NCBI GenBank assembly: GCA_035569955.1
Contig: DATMLZ010000006.1
Span: forward strand, 1-60,243
DNA length: 60,243 bases
Source: Candidatus Acidiferrum sp.
GTDB lineage: Bacteria; Acidobacteriota; Terriglobia; Acidiferrales; UBA7541
Direction: 5' to 3'
A program made the translations under genes and the position numbers. The number at the start of each line of letters is the position of its first letter. Position 1 is the first letter of the stretch. This document shows, one piece after another, positions 35,886-45,396 of the stretch. The notes under the pieces are model-generated. The model saw nothing but the letters and a program-made list of their open reading frames with translations. It had not been told where the DNA came from and did no database searches.

Positions 35886-38264
35886 ATGAATGCAAAACTG
35901 TCATTTTGGCGTCATCTCTTTCTGATTCTTTGCCTTGCGTTGGGTGTGAAATTCATCGCAGCGCAGCAGACGGCAAATAAGCCCGCGAACGCAAAGTCCG
36001 CGGTGCCGGGGAACGCGGCAGGGCCCGATCACAAGACATGGAGCGACAATGGCGGCGGGCCCGACAACTCGCACTACATGGATCTGACGCAGATCACAAA
36101 AGACAATGTGAGCCAGCTGCAGGTCGCCTGGTCCTATCCGAGCAACGACACGATCTCCTACGTTTGGAATCCGCTCGTCGTCGGCAACGTGATGTACGTG
36201 CTCGCTCGCAATGACGCTCTGGTAGCTCTCGATGCCACAACCGGAAAAGAAATCTGGGTACACGAAGCCTTGCAAGGCATCGAGCCGCGCGGCATCAACT
36301 ATTGGGAGAGCAAGGATCACAAAGACAAACGATTGATCTTTGCACGGGCCGGCTTTCTCGAGGAAATCAACGCCACCACCGGCAAGTCAATTCTCACCTT
36401 CGGAACAGACGGAATCGTCGATCTACATGCAGGCTTGGGGCGTTTTTCGACATCCGGCCCGCTCGGCAGAATCCAATCCAATAATCCCGGGAAGATTTTT
36501 GAAAATCTGTTGATTGAAGGTTCGGCGACCGGCGAAGGTTATATGTCTCCGCCCGGCGATCTGCGTGCCTACAACGTGATCACCGGCGCGCTGGTTTGGC
36601 AATTTCACACGGTTCCGCACCCGGGCGAATACGGATATGACACATGGAAGAACAAGGATGCGTGGCGTTACGCGGGCGGTGCGAACACCTGGGGCGAAAT
36701 CACCATCGATACGCAGCGCGGCATCGCCTATTTTCCCACGGGCTCTGCGACCTACGATTTCTACGGCGCCGACCGACTCGGTAATGACCTTTTCGGTGAC
36801 TGCCTGATCGCTCTGGACGCGCGAACCGGCAAAAGGCTGTGGCATTTCCAGAATGTTCACCACGATTTGTGGGACTACGACGACACGGCCGCGCCGCAGC
36901 TCATCACCATCGATCGCGAAGGCAAGAAAGTTGATGCGGTCGCCATGGCCGGCAAGACCGGTTTCCTCTATGTCTTTGACCGCGTGACGGGCAAGCCCAT
37001 CTGGCCGATTGTTGAACGGACCGTTCCCAAGAGCGATATGCCCGGCGAACAGGCATCTCCGACGCAGCCAATCCCGACCGCGCCACCTCCCTTTGCCGTG
37101 CAGAAATTCACCGCCGACGATATCGATCCTTACATCCTTACGCCGGAAGAACGTGCTCATTGGACTGAAGTCGTCAGTGAAGCACGCAATGAAGGCATCT
37201 TCACGCCGCCCTCGATGCGGGACACAGTTCAAATGCCGGGCAATGAGGGGGGAGCAAACTGGGGTACGACCGCGGCAAACCCCGTCAAAGGCCTGGTCTA
37301 CGTAATGACGCTAAACCAACCGGCCATCTTGAAAATGTCTGACGCAATGCCCGGACGAAATACTGACGCCGGCGCTGCAGCGCGTCCGGTGAACGGCTCG
37401 GCGGCGCAGGGGCGCACGATCTACGTCAGCAATTGCCAGGGCTGCCACGGCGCGGACCTGAAGGGAAACACGACTTACCCGTCCCTTGTCGACATAACGC
37501 AGCGGATCGATCTGGATACGATTCGCTCGACGATCAACGGCGGAAGAGGCCCGATGCCGGCATTCAGTCCCGAAATCAACGAGACCGATATGAACGCGCT
37601 GCTCGCCTATCTTTCGAACCCGGCTGCCGCTGCCGGTGGCCGCGGCGGTCGAGGACAAGCGGCGGAAGCGCCGGCGCCTAATCTCGGTGGACCAGTCGTC
37701 GCATCCGGTGGATCGCCAGCCGGAAAAATTATGACCGCAGCGGTGGCCGCAACGCGCGGGCTGACGTCGTACGGCGGAATGGGTGGTCCGTCTTATCCGG
37801 ACGACGTGGACGCGCCAGACGTGCGCTACTACACCGGTTACAACATTCAGGGAAATATCATCAAGCCGCCGTTTGCGACGCTGACGGCTTACGATCTGAA
37901 TAAAGGGACGATCCAGTGGCAGATTCCCGTGGGCGATGACATGCGCGCCATACGTGAAGGTGTTCACGATACCGGCGGAATCGACATTCGCGTCGGCATG
38001 GTCACCACATCGACCGGATTGATCTTCATGCCCGGCGGCGATCTGAAGATCCGCGCCTACGACCAGGGGACAGGCAAAGTCCTCTGGACCGCGAGCCTGC
38101 CTGGAAATTCTCAGGGGATTCCAGCGATGTATGAAGTCGGCGGAAAGCAGTATCTGATCGTCAATGCGACATCGGCTCCCGGCGGACGCGCGCAGGTATC
38201 GTCGAACCTGCCGCGCGGCTATATCGCCTACGCCCTGCCTGACGCAGCGCAATCGAACAAATAG
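35886..38264 (+). CDS. exported PQQ-dependent dehydrogenase with a cytochrome c domain inserted within the propeller (quinohemoprotein)
   Basis: Signal peptide. PQQ propeller motifs (HHDLWDYD, AMAGKTGFLYVFDRVTGKPIW). CQGCH...GPMPAF...LLAYL lies about 500-580 aa in. Further propeller blades follow (TLTAYDLNKGTIQWQ..., IRAYDQGTGKVLW...). Confidence 0.85.
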   Translation: MNAKLSFWRHLFLILCLALGVKFIAAQQTANKPANAKSAVPGNAAGPDHKTWSDNGGGPDNSHYMDLTQITKDNVSQLQVAWSYPSNDTISYVWNPLVVGNVMYVLARNDALVALDATTGKEIWVHEALQGIEPRGINYWESKDHKDKRLIFARAGFLEEINATTGKSILTFGTDGIVDLHAGLGRFSTSGPLGRIQSNNPGKIFENLLIEGSATGEGYMSPPGDLRAYNVITGALVWQFHTVPHPGEYGYDTWKNKDAWRYAGGANTWGEITIDTQRGIAYFPTGSATYDFYGADRLGNDLFGDCLIALDARTGKRLWHFQNVHHDLWDYDDTAAPQLITIDREGKKVDAVAMAGKTGFLYVFDRVTGKPIWPIVERTVPKSDMPGEQASPTQPIPTAPPPFAVQKFTADDIDPYILTPEERAHWTEVVSEARNEGIFTPPSMRDTVQMPGNEGGANWGTTAANPVKGLVYVMTLNQPAILKMSDAMPGRNTDAGAAARPVNGSAAQGRTIYVSNCQGCHGADLKGNTTYPSLVDITQRIDLDTIRSTINGGRGPMPAFSPEINETDMNALLAYLSNPAAAAGGRGGRGQAAEAPAPNLGGPVVASGGSPAGKIMTAAVAATRGLTSYGGMGGPSYPDDVDAPDVRYYTGYNIQGNIIKPPFATLTAYDLNKGTIQWQIPVGDDMRAIREGVHDTGGIDIRVGMVTTSTGLIFMPGGDLKIRAYDQGTGKVLWTASLPGNSQGIPAMYEVGGKQYLIVNATSAPGGRAQVSSNLPRGYIAYALPDAAQSNK

Positions 38265-38311
38265 ATTGCGCTGCGTGGGCTGAACACGCGACGCTTCAAG
38301 CGCTGTTCGCT

Positions 38312-39370
38312 CTACGGCCGCGCTTCGAATATGAGGTTGAACGGCGTCTCGGCGGCGCGCCGGAAGCGCGAAAATCCTCCGCCGGTCACGACTTCGCGTA
38401 ACCGCTTTTCGCCCGCTTGCGCACCCAGTGCGAGCCCGACCTCCTGGGAAAGTGAGGCTGGGGTGCACAAGAGCGTCGACGCTCCGTAGAACGCTCGGCC
38501 GACCGGATTCAGGTTGTCTTCGAGCTTGTCGCCCGCCATTGGCTCGACGATCATCCAGGTACCGTCCTTTTTGAGCGTGCTATGCACGTGCGCCGAAGCG
38601 CCCTTGGGATCGCCCATGTCGTGCAAACAATCGAAGAAGGTCACGAAATCATAGTCCTTGCCGGGATAGTTCTTGGCCATAGCGATCTCAAAGCGGATGT
38701 TGCCGCCGAGTCCCGCTTCCTTGGCGCGCTCTCGTGCCTTTTCGATCGACTTATCGTGGTAGTCGAACCCGACAAATTCCGACTTGGGGTAGGACTTCGC
38801 CATCAGGACGGTCGAGGCACCCAGTCCGCAACCTACGTCTGCCACGCGGGCACCGCTCTTCAATTTTTCGTCTACACCCTCGAGCGAAGGAATCCACGAA
38901 CTGACCAGATTTGCCGCATAGCCGGGCCGGAAGAATCTCTCGGTACCAAGAAACAAGTCGGGATGATGCTCATGCCAGCCCATTCCCTGGCCAGTTTTGA
39001 AACGCCGGGTTAACTCCTCCTCGGCTCTCGCTGCCGCGAGCGCCAGCTGAAACGCACCGGGCAGAAACGCCGGGCTGTTGTCATCGGCGAGCGTGAACGC
39101 TTGCTCTTCCGAGAGGCTGAATTTACCTGCCGATGGGTCGTAGGTTACATACCCGCCAGCGGCCTGATTGGAAAGCCACTCCCGCACGTAGCGTTCGGTC
39201 GTGCCCGTTCTCTTGGCGAGTTCGGCGGGCGTTTGCGGTCCGCCCGCCGCGAGCGCTTTGTAGAGGCCAAGTTTGTCCCCGATGCAAATCAGCGCCGCGT
39301 GAAACGTCGCGCCGAAATCGGACACGCCTTTTCCGAGCAATTCGTTGAGCTTGTTCATGTCGATCGCCAT
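38312..39370 (-). CDS. class I SAM-dependent methyltransferase with an N-terminal winged-helix-like domain
   Basis: Starts MAIDMNKLNELLGK (ATG 39370). VADVGCGLGAST SAM motif I and FDCLHDMGDP. The longer ORF to 39802 lacks protein-like sequence. Confidence 0.85.
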   Translation of the reverse strand: MAIDMNKLNELLGKGVSDFGATFHAALICIGDKLGLYKALAAGGPQTPAELAKRTGTTERYVREWLSNQAAGGYVTYDPSAGKFSLSEEQAFTLADDNSPAFLPGAFQLALAAARAEEELTRRFKTGQGMGWHEHHPDLFLGTERFFRPGYAANLVSSWIPSLEGVDEKLKSGARVADVGCGLGASTVLMAKSYPKSEFVGFDYHDKSIEKARERAKEAGLGGNIRFEIAMAKNYPGKDYDFVTFFDCLHDMGDPKGASAHVHSTLKKDGTWMIVEPMAGDKLEDNLNPVGRAFYGASTLLCTPASLSQEVGLALGAQAGEKRLREVVTGGGFSRFRRAAETPFNLIFEARP

Positions 39371-39610
39371 GTTTGTTTCCCTCCAGAGGAATGGTGGTGA
39401 AGAAGACGCGACGCGCCGTCTCGGCGCAAATCCGTGGCCCAACCGTATGAAAAAGCGTTCTGCGAACAACCTGTCCGGGTATTTCTCACGCTGCCCGAGT
39501 TTGCAACCGCGGGCTCGGGAACAATCGATCTGGATCCAAAAAAGAGTGAAAAAGTCCGTGGTACCTCTGTGTAGTGCCGCCCGGTCCGCGCGGCGGGTTT
39601 GCCCAAACAG

Positions 39611-39702
39611 AGGGTGCTGTGAACTTTCCCGGCGGCCGCATTCTACTCCGGGCGGCGCGAATTCGGGAAGCGATTCATTGGCGACGTCAATTCCAGGTGC
39701 AG
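39611..39702 (+). repeat. possible fifth, diverged copy of the repeat family
   Basis: AGGGTGCTGTGAACTTTCCCGGCGGCCGCATTCTACTCC resembles the left arm of copy B. After about 36 nt comes GTCAATTCCAGGTGCAG, a core with a 2-nt insertion. The match is weak. Confidence 0.2.
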
Positions 39703-39731
39703 TGCGGGCATTTTCCCGTAGAATCGGCCCC

Positions 39732-40292
39732 ATGAAACAGGTCCCCTTCGCGCTGACCACGTTGAGGCTGTTCCTTGGCCCGGTCGCGTTGCTGTGTGCC
39801 ATCGACCGAGCGCCACAATATGTTTACGCGCCGATTCTGGCGACAGGCACGCTCTCGGATATTTTCGACGGCATCATCGCGCGGCGGTTTGGCGTGTCGA
39901 CCGATCGGCTGCGCCGATATGACAGCGTCACTGACGTTATCTTCTATCTTTTCGTTCTTGCGGCGCTGTGGATTTTAAGGAAGCCCGTGATCGTTGCCAA
40001 TTGGTGGGCGATCGCACTGCTGCTGGCTTCTGAAGTCTCTGTGCTTGCCGTGAGCTTCGCGAAATTCAGAAAGTACCCCGCGACTCACTCCTACCTGGCG
40101 AAATTCTATGGCCTTTGCTTGTTGGGTGCCTTGATTGCGTTGTTCGCGTCGGATTCTTCGGCGTGGAGCGTCATCGCGCTGGCCGTCGTTGCTTTCGTCA
40201 CGAATGCCGAGATTATCGCGATACACCTGCTGGCGAATTCGCCTCCGGTCGATGTGCGCTCGGTATTTCGACTGCGCACCAGAAAAGTCTAG
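39732..40292 (+). CDS. CDP-alcohol phosphatidyltransferase family protein
   Basis: MKQVPFALTTLRL...SDIFDGIIARRFGVSTDRLRRYDSVTDV (D-G-x2-A-R...D-x3-D signature). Multi-TM. Confidence 0.75.
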   Translation: MKQVPFALTTLRLFLGPVALLCAIDRAPQYVYAPILATGTLSDIFDGIIARRFGVSTDRLRRYDSVTDVIFYLFVLAALWILRKPVIVANWWAIALLLASEVSVLAVSFAKFRKYPATHSYLAKFYGLCLLGALIALFASDSSAWSVIALAVVAFVTNAEIIAIHLLANSPPVDVRSVFRLRTRKV

Positions 40293-41734
40293 GCGCCGGC
40301 TGTTTTGTCGGTTTCCTCAAAGGGCCAGTGGTGCATGCGCCATGCCCAGACGAAGAAAATCGGCACACCGGCCGCGAGGCTGATCGCACCCCAAAACATG
40401 TTCGAATGCGCGACGGCGGTACCAAAGATCGTGAACGTTGTGGCGCCCGAAGTTGCGAACACGTAGATCCATCCGGAAATCGCCAGCAGCGCTGGCAGCG
40501 GATAGAGCCACATTCGGAACGGTCGCTGACTGGGCGGGAAATTCCTGTGCATGAGGAAGACGCCGATTCCCTGGGCGATAAACTGCACCAAAATCCTCGA
40601 TGTGAGCAAAATCGTGATTTCCGCCGCGAGCGGAATGAAGCTGACGGCAATCGTCACAGCTCCTACGACCAGAAGCGAAAGATCGGGAAACTGTTCCTTC
40701 GGATGCACGTGTCGGAAAACGTGAAAGAAGCATCCATCGCCGGCGGCAGCGTAAGGGATGCGCGAGTAACCGAGCATCAGTGTGAACGTGGATGCGAAAC
40801 TGGTCCAGAGGATCAGCGCTGTCACAATGGCAGCGGTCCGCGCGCCCCAGACTTTCTCGACCAACTCGGACGCCACATAAGGGCTTTGCCGGGCTTCCGC
40901 GATGCTGAGCGTTCCGGTGACCGCGACATGAATCGCGAAGTAGAGTGCCGCGATCACAATCACCGAAATGATGATCGCCGCCGGAATTGTCCTCTGCGGA
41001 TTTTTCACCTCTTCGCCGACGTAGCAGACCACGTAGTAGCCGAGAAAATCGTAGGTGACAAACGACATCGCCGCGCCCAAGGCGAGAAGGCCGGCGCCGT
41101 TCAGGTGAAACGGCTCGCCCGAATGAAACGCCAGCTGCGAATTGAAATGCGAGAAACCGGCAGTCACAACCAGTCCGACGGTTACGATCATGCCCGCCCA
41201 GAGGACCACCATGATTTTCCCGACCGTCTGAATACGGCGGTAACAAAGAGCCAGCGCGACAAAAGCGACCAGCGCGGCGAGCAAGCCGTGGTGCAGATCG
41301 GTAAGGTGCGGCGCGAAGTACTTGAAGTAGTCCGCGAAGCCGATGCTCCCGGATGCGATCTCGAGCGGGCCGCTCAAAATAAACTGCCAGATGAAAAGGA
41401 ATGCGAGAAATCGACCCCAGCGGCGCGGCCCGAAAGTCTCGCGGAGGAAAAGATACGTGCCGCCCGATCCGGGCAGCGCGGCACCGAGTTCGCACCAGAT
41501 CATGCCGTCGCAGATTGCAAGAAGCGCGCCGGCCAGCCATCCGAGAAGCGCCTGCGGTCCGGGAAGCTCGGCCAGAATCAGCGGGATGGTGAGAAAGACG
41601 CCGATCCCGACCATATTCGACATGTTGAAAGCGGAGGCTTCGAGCAGGGAAAGGCTCTTGGTGAGAGCCGGTTCTACCGGTTTTGTCGCTTGCGCTGGGG
41701 CGGTCGAAGGCTGTTCCATCTCGCGGGCCATCAT
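40289..41734 (-). CDS. APC-superfamily amino acid permease
   Basis: About 12 TM. N-terminal MVGIGVFLTIP and GAALPGSGGTYLFLRETFG. The 3' end overlaps the convergent gene by 4 nt. Confidence 0.85.
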   Translation of the reverse strand: MMAREMEQPSTAPAQATKPVEPALTKSLSLLEASAFNMSNMVGIGVFLTIPLILAELPGPQALLGWLAGALLAICDGMIWCELGAALPGSGGTYLFLRETFGPRRWGRFLAFLFIWQFILSGPLEIASGSIGFADYFKYFAPHLTDLHHGLLAALVAFVALALCYRRIQTVGKIMVVLWAGMIVTVGLVVTAGFSHFNSQLAFHSGEPFHLNGAGLLALGAAMSFVTYDFLGYYVVCYVGEEVKNPQRTIPAAIIISVIVIAALYFAIHVAVTGTLSIAEARQSPYVASELVEKVWGARTAAIVTALILWTSFASTFTLMLGYSRIPYAAAGDGCFFHVFRHVHPKEQFPDLSLLVVGAVTIAVSFIPLAAEITILLTSRILVQFIAQGIGVFLMHRNFPPSQRPFRMWLYPLPALLAISGWIYVFATSGATTFTIFGTAVAHSNMFWGAISLAAGVPIFFVWAWRMHHWPFEETDKTAGA

Positions 41735-42031
41735 ACTTGTTCATGGCAATCGTGGAAATGACCGAATCGCAAAAGGTGCCGTTTTTATTGCGTTTTGCAC
41801 CAGGTGAAAAATTCTCGCGCAGCGAAAAGGGCCGGCTCGTATGTACCAATTTGGAGGGGCTCACGAGCAACGCCGCGGCAATCTTTTTTTACGAGTATTC
41901 GCGCCAGACGGTTTTCAGCGATTTCCGGATTGCCGCGCTGCCGTCCGAGAATGGCGTAGACAGGCCAAAGGATTTTTTGGGATACTTTGCTGTTTCGCGG
42001 GCATGATTTGCGCTCGAAGCACCGCGTCTAC

Positions 42032-42526
42032 ATGAACTCAGGAAAAAATCCGATGAATTCAAATCGCCGGTTGGCTGTTTGCTTCACGATCCTTGTTGCC
42101 GTCGCGGCAGGCGCTGCGTTGCTCGCTTCGCGCCCGACTTCGGCCGGCCCCGCGCAGAAAGCCGTAACTGCCGCTCCAAAGGGCGACGTCGAACGCGGGC
42201 GCTACATCGTTGAAGACGTGGCCATGTGCGAAGAGTGCCACACGCCTCGCGATGCAAACGGGAACCTCGATGAATCGCGACAGCTGCAGGGCGCGCCGAT
42301 CTGGATCGAGCCCGTTCGCCAGACGACCGGATGGGCGAACCGCGCGCCGGGCCTCGCAGGTTTTGTCGGATTCACCGACGTGCAGGGAGAGGATATCCTC
42401 GAGCGCGGCATCGGTCCGAACGGTCTGCCGATCCAGCCGCCGATGCACGTCTACCACATGAATCAGGCGGACGCGCAAGCGGTGATCGCCTACCTTCGTT
42501 CGCTGCCGGCCGTTTACTCGCGCTAG
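42032..42526 (+). CDS. exported monoheme c-type cytochrome
   Basis: Signal anchor, one CEECH motif and a distal PPMHVY. Alternative start at ATG 42053. Confidence 0.7.
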   Translation: MNSGKNPMNSNRRLAVCFTILVAVAAGAALLASRPTSAGPAQKAVTAAPKGDVERGRYIVEDVAMCEECHTPRDANGNLDESRQLQGAPIWIEPVRQTTGWANRAPGLAGFVGFTDVQGEDILERGIGPNGLPIQPPMHVYHMNQADAQAVIAYLRSLPAVYSR

Positions 42527-42577
42527 TAACGCGCCCGTAACAAACCGCAGGTACTCTCCCGAAGCTCAAGGAGAGGT

Positions 42578-44740
42578 ATGGTTTCCCGCAACGATCAGGG
42601 CCCCGAGCTATTCTTCAATCGCCATTTTTCCTGGCTGCAATTCAACGAACGTGTGCTCGAAGAAGCCCGCGACGCCAACAATCCCCTCCTTGAGCGTGTG
42701 AAATTCCTCGCCATCACGGCCAGCAACCTGGACGAATTTGTCGAAGTGCGGCTGGCCGGAATGATGCAGCAGGTCGAACACGGCAGCCAGGAACCCGGCC
42801 CGGATGGTCGATTCCCGGCCGGCGTGCTTCCGGAACTGACTTCGCGAATTCACAAATTTGTCGGCGAGCAATATGCCTGCTGGCGCGATCAGCTTTCGCC
42901 TGCGCTCGCCGGGGAGTCCGTTCGTGTTCTGGGCGTGCACGAACTGAAATCGGAAGCCGCCGAGTTCATCGAAAAGTTCTATACGCGCACCGTCGATCCG
43001 CTGCTCACTCCGGTGACGATCGATCCGGCGCACCCCTTTCCGCACGTGCTTAACAAGGCTCTGTGCATCGCGTTTCTTGTGAAGCGCAAGCGCCGCGGCG
43101 CGACCATCTACCTCGGCGTCGTTACGGTTCCGCGCGCTCTGCCGCGTCTTGTCCGCGTGCCATCGGCCGAGGGAATCGTCGAGTACGTGTTCCTTCACGA
43201 TATTGTTCGCGCGTTTGCACAGCGCCTCTATCATGGTTACGAGATTCTTTCCGCAGCCGGGTTCCGCGTGACGCGGAACAGCAATCTTTATCTCGAAGAG
43301 GAAGAGTCGCGCAGCATCCTCGAGTCGGTAGACATGCAGTTGCATCGCCGCCGGAAGGGACAGGCTGTGCGTCTTGAGATCGAAGCGGATGCGGATCAGG
43401 AAATCATCGACCGGCTTGTTGCGAATTTTCGTTTGACGCCCGAAAAGGTCTTTCGCGTCAACGGGCCGATCAATCTCTCGCGCTTGATGCACCTTTACGA
43501 AGAAACGCCGCGGCCCGATCTGAAATACCGTCCGTTTACGCCGCGCGAATTGCCGGTGAAGCCCGGTGCCAGTTCGATCTTTCAGATGGTGCGGCGCCAG
43601 AATGTTTTGCTGCACCACCCGTATGAGTCGTACAACACCGTGGTTCGCTTCATCGAAAGCGCCGCACACGATCCGGACGTGCTTTCCATCAAGCAAACGC
43701 TCTATCGCACCAGCGAAAATTCGCCGATCGTCCGCGCGTTGATCGATGCCGCCGCGAAGAAAGAAGTCGCCGTAGTCGTCGAGGTGAAGGCGCGTTTCGA
43801 CGAGGCTTCCAATATTCGCTGGGCAAGAAATCTGCAGGAAGCCGGCGTGCAGGTCTTTCACGGCCTGGTCGGCTTGAAGACGCACTGCAAATTGGCGCTC
43901 GTCGCCCGCCGCGAATCTGACGGCCAGATTCGCCGTTACGCGCATCTCGGCACGGGCAACTACAACCCGTCAACGGCGCGCTTCTACACGGACTTGAGCC
44001 TGCTGACCAGCGAAACGCACATCACATCGGCGGTGCATCACGTATTCAACTTTCTTACGGCATATGCCGAACGACCGAGATACACGCCGCTTTTCGTCGC
44101 TCCGCTCAATCTCGGGAAAAATTGCGTTACGCTGATCGAGCGCGAAACCGCCAACGCCCGGGCCGGGAAGCCGGCGTGGATCGTTGCCAAAGTAAACGCG
44201 CTGCTCGAGGAAAAAATCATCCAGGCGCTGTATCGCGGGTCGCAAGCGGGCGTGCAAATCGATCTGATCGTGCGCGGAGCATGCGCGCTACGCCCCGGCG
44301 TTCGCGGGTTAAGCAGTCGCATTCGCGTGCGCAGCGTGATCGGCCGCTTTTTGGAACACAGCCGTGTGTTTGTCTTCGCCAACGCGGGCAAGCCGGAAAT
44401 CTATCTGGGCAGCGCGGACTGGATGCAACGCAATATTTACGAGCGCGTCGAGGTGATGTTCCATCTGCGCGACACGGCTCTTTGCGAGAGAATCGTGTCG
44501 GGCGTGCTTGCGCCGTATCTGGCCGACACGGCAAAAACGCGATTCCTGCAATCTGACGGAGCCTACCTGCGCGCCTACGACATGCACCGGAACGGCACCC
44601 GCAACGCAAGTCATTTCAACGCCCAGCAATTCCTGATTGACTTGGCTGAGGGCCGCGAGGGTCTCGAAGCGGTTCCCACACCGCGCTATTTGCGTTATGA
44701 CCCGGCCGGCTCCTCCGAGCGAGAGGCCGAACGCGGCTGA
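42578..44740 (+). CDS. ppk1: polyphosphate kinase 1
   Basis: 720 aa. FFNRHFSWLQFNERVLEEA N-terminus, the autophosphorylated-His region and two PLD-like C-terminal domains (…GLKTHCKLALV…, …GRFLEHSRVFVF…). Confidence 0.95.
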   Translation: MVSRNDQGPELFFNRHFSWLQFNERVLEEARDANNPLLERVKFLAITASNLDEFVEVRLAGMMQQVEHGSQEPGPDGRFPAGVLPELTSRIHKFVGEQYACWRDQLSPALAGESVRVLGVHELKSEAAEFIEKFYTRTVDPLLTPVTIDPAHPFPHVLNKALCIAFLVKRKRRGATIYLGVVTVPRALPRLVRVPSAEGIVEYVFLHDIVRAFAQRLYHGYEILSAAGFRVTRNSNLYLEEEESRSILESVDMQLHRRRKGQAVRLEIEADADQEIIDRLVANFRLTPEKVFRVNGPINLSRLMHLYEETPRPDLKYRPFTPRELPVKPGASSIFQMVRRQNVLLHHPYESYNTVVRFIESAAHDPDVLSIKQTLYRTSENSPIVRALIDAAAKKEVAVVVEVKARFDEASNIRWARNLQEAGVQVFHGLVGLKTHCKLALVARRESDGQIRRYAHLGTGNYNPSTARFYTDLSLLTSETHITSAVHHVFNFLTAYAERPRYTPLFVAPLNLGKNCVTLIERETANARAGKPAWIVAKVNALLEEKIIQALYRGSQAGVQIDLIVRGACALRPGVRGLSSRIRVRSVIGRFLEHSRVFVFANAGKPEIYLGSADWMQRNIYERVEVMFHLRDTALCERIVSGVLAPYLADTAKTRFLQSDGAYLRAYDMHRNGTRNASHFNAQQFLIDLAEGREGLEAVPTPRYLRYDPAGSSEREAERG

Positions 44741-44758
44741 AGATTGCAGCCGCCGGAA

Positions 44759-45265
44759 TTACTCGCTGCGGTCCGCCCCGCCTGTGATCTGAATTCCGCC
44801 CTGTCCCCAGGATTTGAGTTTGGGATCGAACGGCGCCTTGTAGTTGTGTTCTTTGCCATCGACGGTCTTCACGCGCAGCATAAACGCTTCGTGCACGTCG
44901 GCCTTCTTGCCCTCGACTCTTTCAGAATAGTTCGTGTAATAGCTCATGACGGCGGCGCCTACCGGGATGTCCGAGGGCTTGATCTGTTTTGAGGTGCCAT
45001 CGGTATACGTGACGGCAAGACCCTGCGCGAGCCGCAGCGTGAACGTCTGCGACTTCGAGCCCTTTGTGTAGGCGAGCGTGATGGTGCGCTGGATGTCGTC
45101 GACGTCTGTGACGTTGCCCTGCCATGTGTCCCCAACGTACTCGGGCGGGTAGTAACCCGGCTCAGCTTGTCCATGCTGCGCGTCCAGCGGCGGGGTAAAC
45201 ATCGACTGTACGATGGCTGCCAACGCGATCAGAAAATAGGGCATGACGATTCTTCGACCGTCCAT
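44759..45265 (-). CDS. hypothetical exported protein
   Basis: Signal-peptide-like MPYFLIALAAIVQSMF (alternative start 45244). No motif recognised. Confidence 0.45.
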   Translation of the reverse strand: MDGRRIVMPYFLIALAAIVQSMFTPPLDAQHGQAEPGYYPPEYVGDTWQGNVTDVDDIQRTITLAYTKGSKSQTFTLRLAQGLAVTYTDGTSKQIKPSDIPVGAAVMSYYTNYSERVEGKKADVHEAFMLRVKTVDGKEHNYKAPFDPKLKSWGQGGIQITGGADRSE

Positions 45266-45396
45266 TCTCTCCTCCTCTCGTCTGCCGCAGATATGGCATA
45301 CCTAGCATTTGCCGCTGCCACAATCAAGCGGCGGTATCTGTGCCGCAGGCGTGTTTCCAGGCGCGGCATTGCGATCGATCGGTATAATCGCGGGCG

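Noticed and set aside
40115-41870. Plus-strand 548-aa ORF and minus-strand 517-aa ORF overlapping the permease gene.
   Set aside because: Both are alternative frames of the APC permease locus with Arg-rich nonsense composition. The 481-aa frame has the TM pattern and motifs. The same reasoning applies to 42608..43945 (antisense to ppk1), 49073..50632 (antisense to accD/cobO), 10236..11681 (antisense to purL) and 37311..38468.
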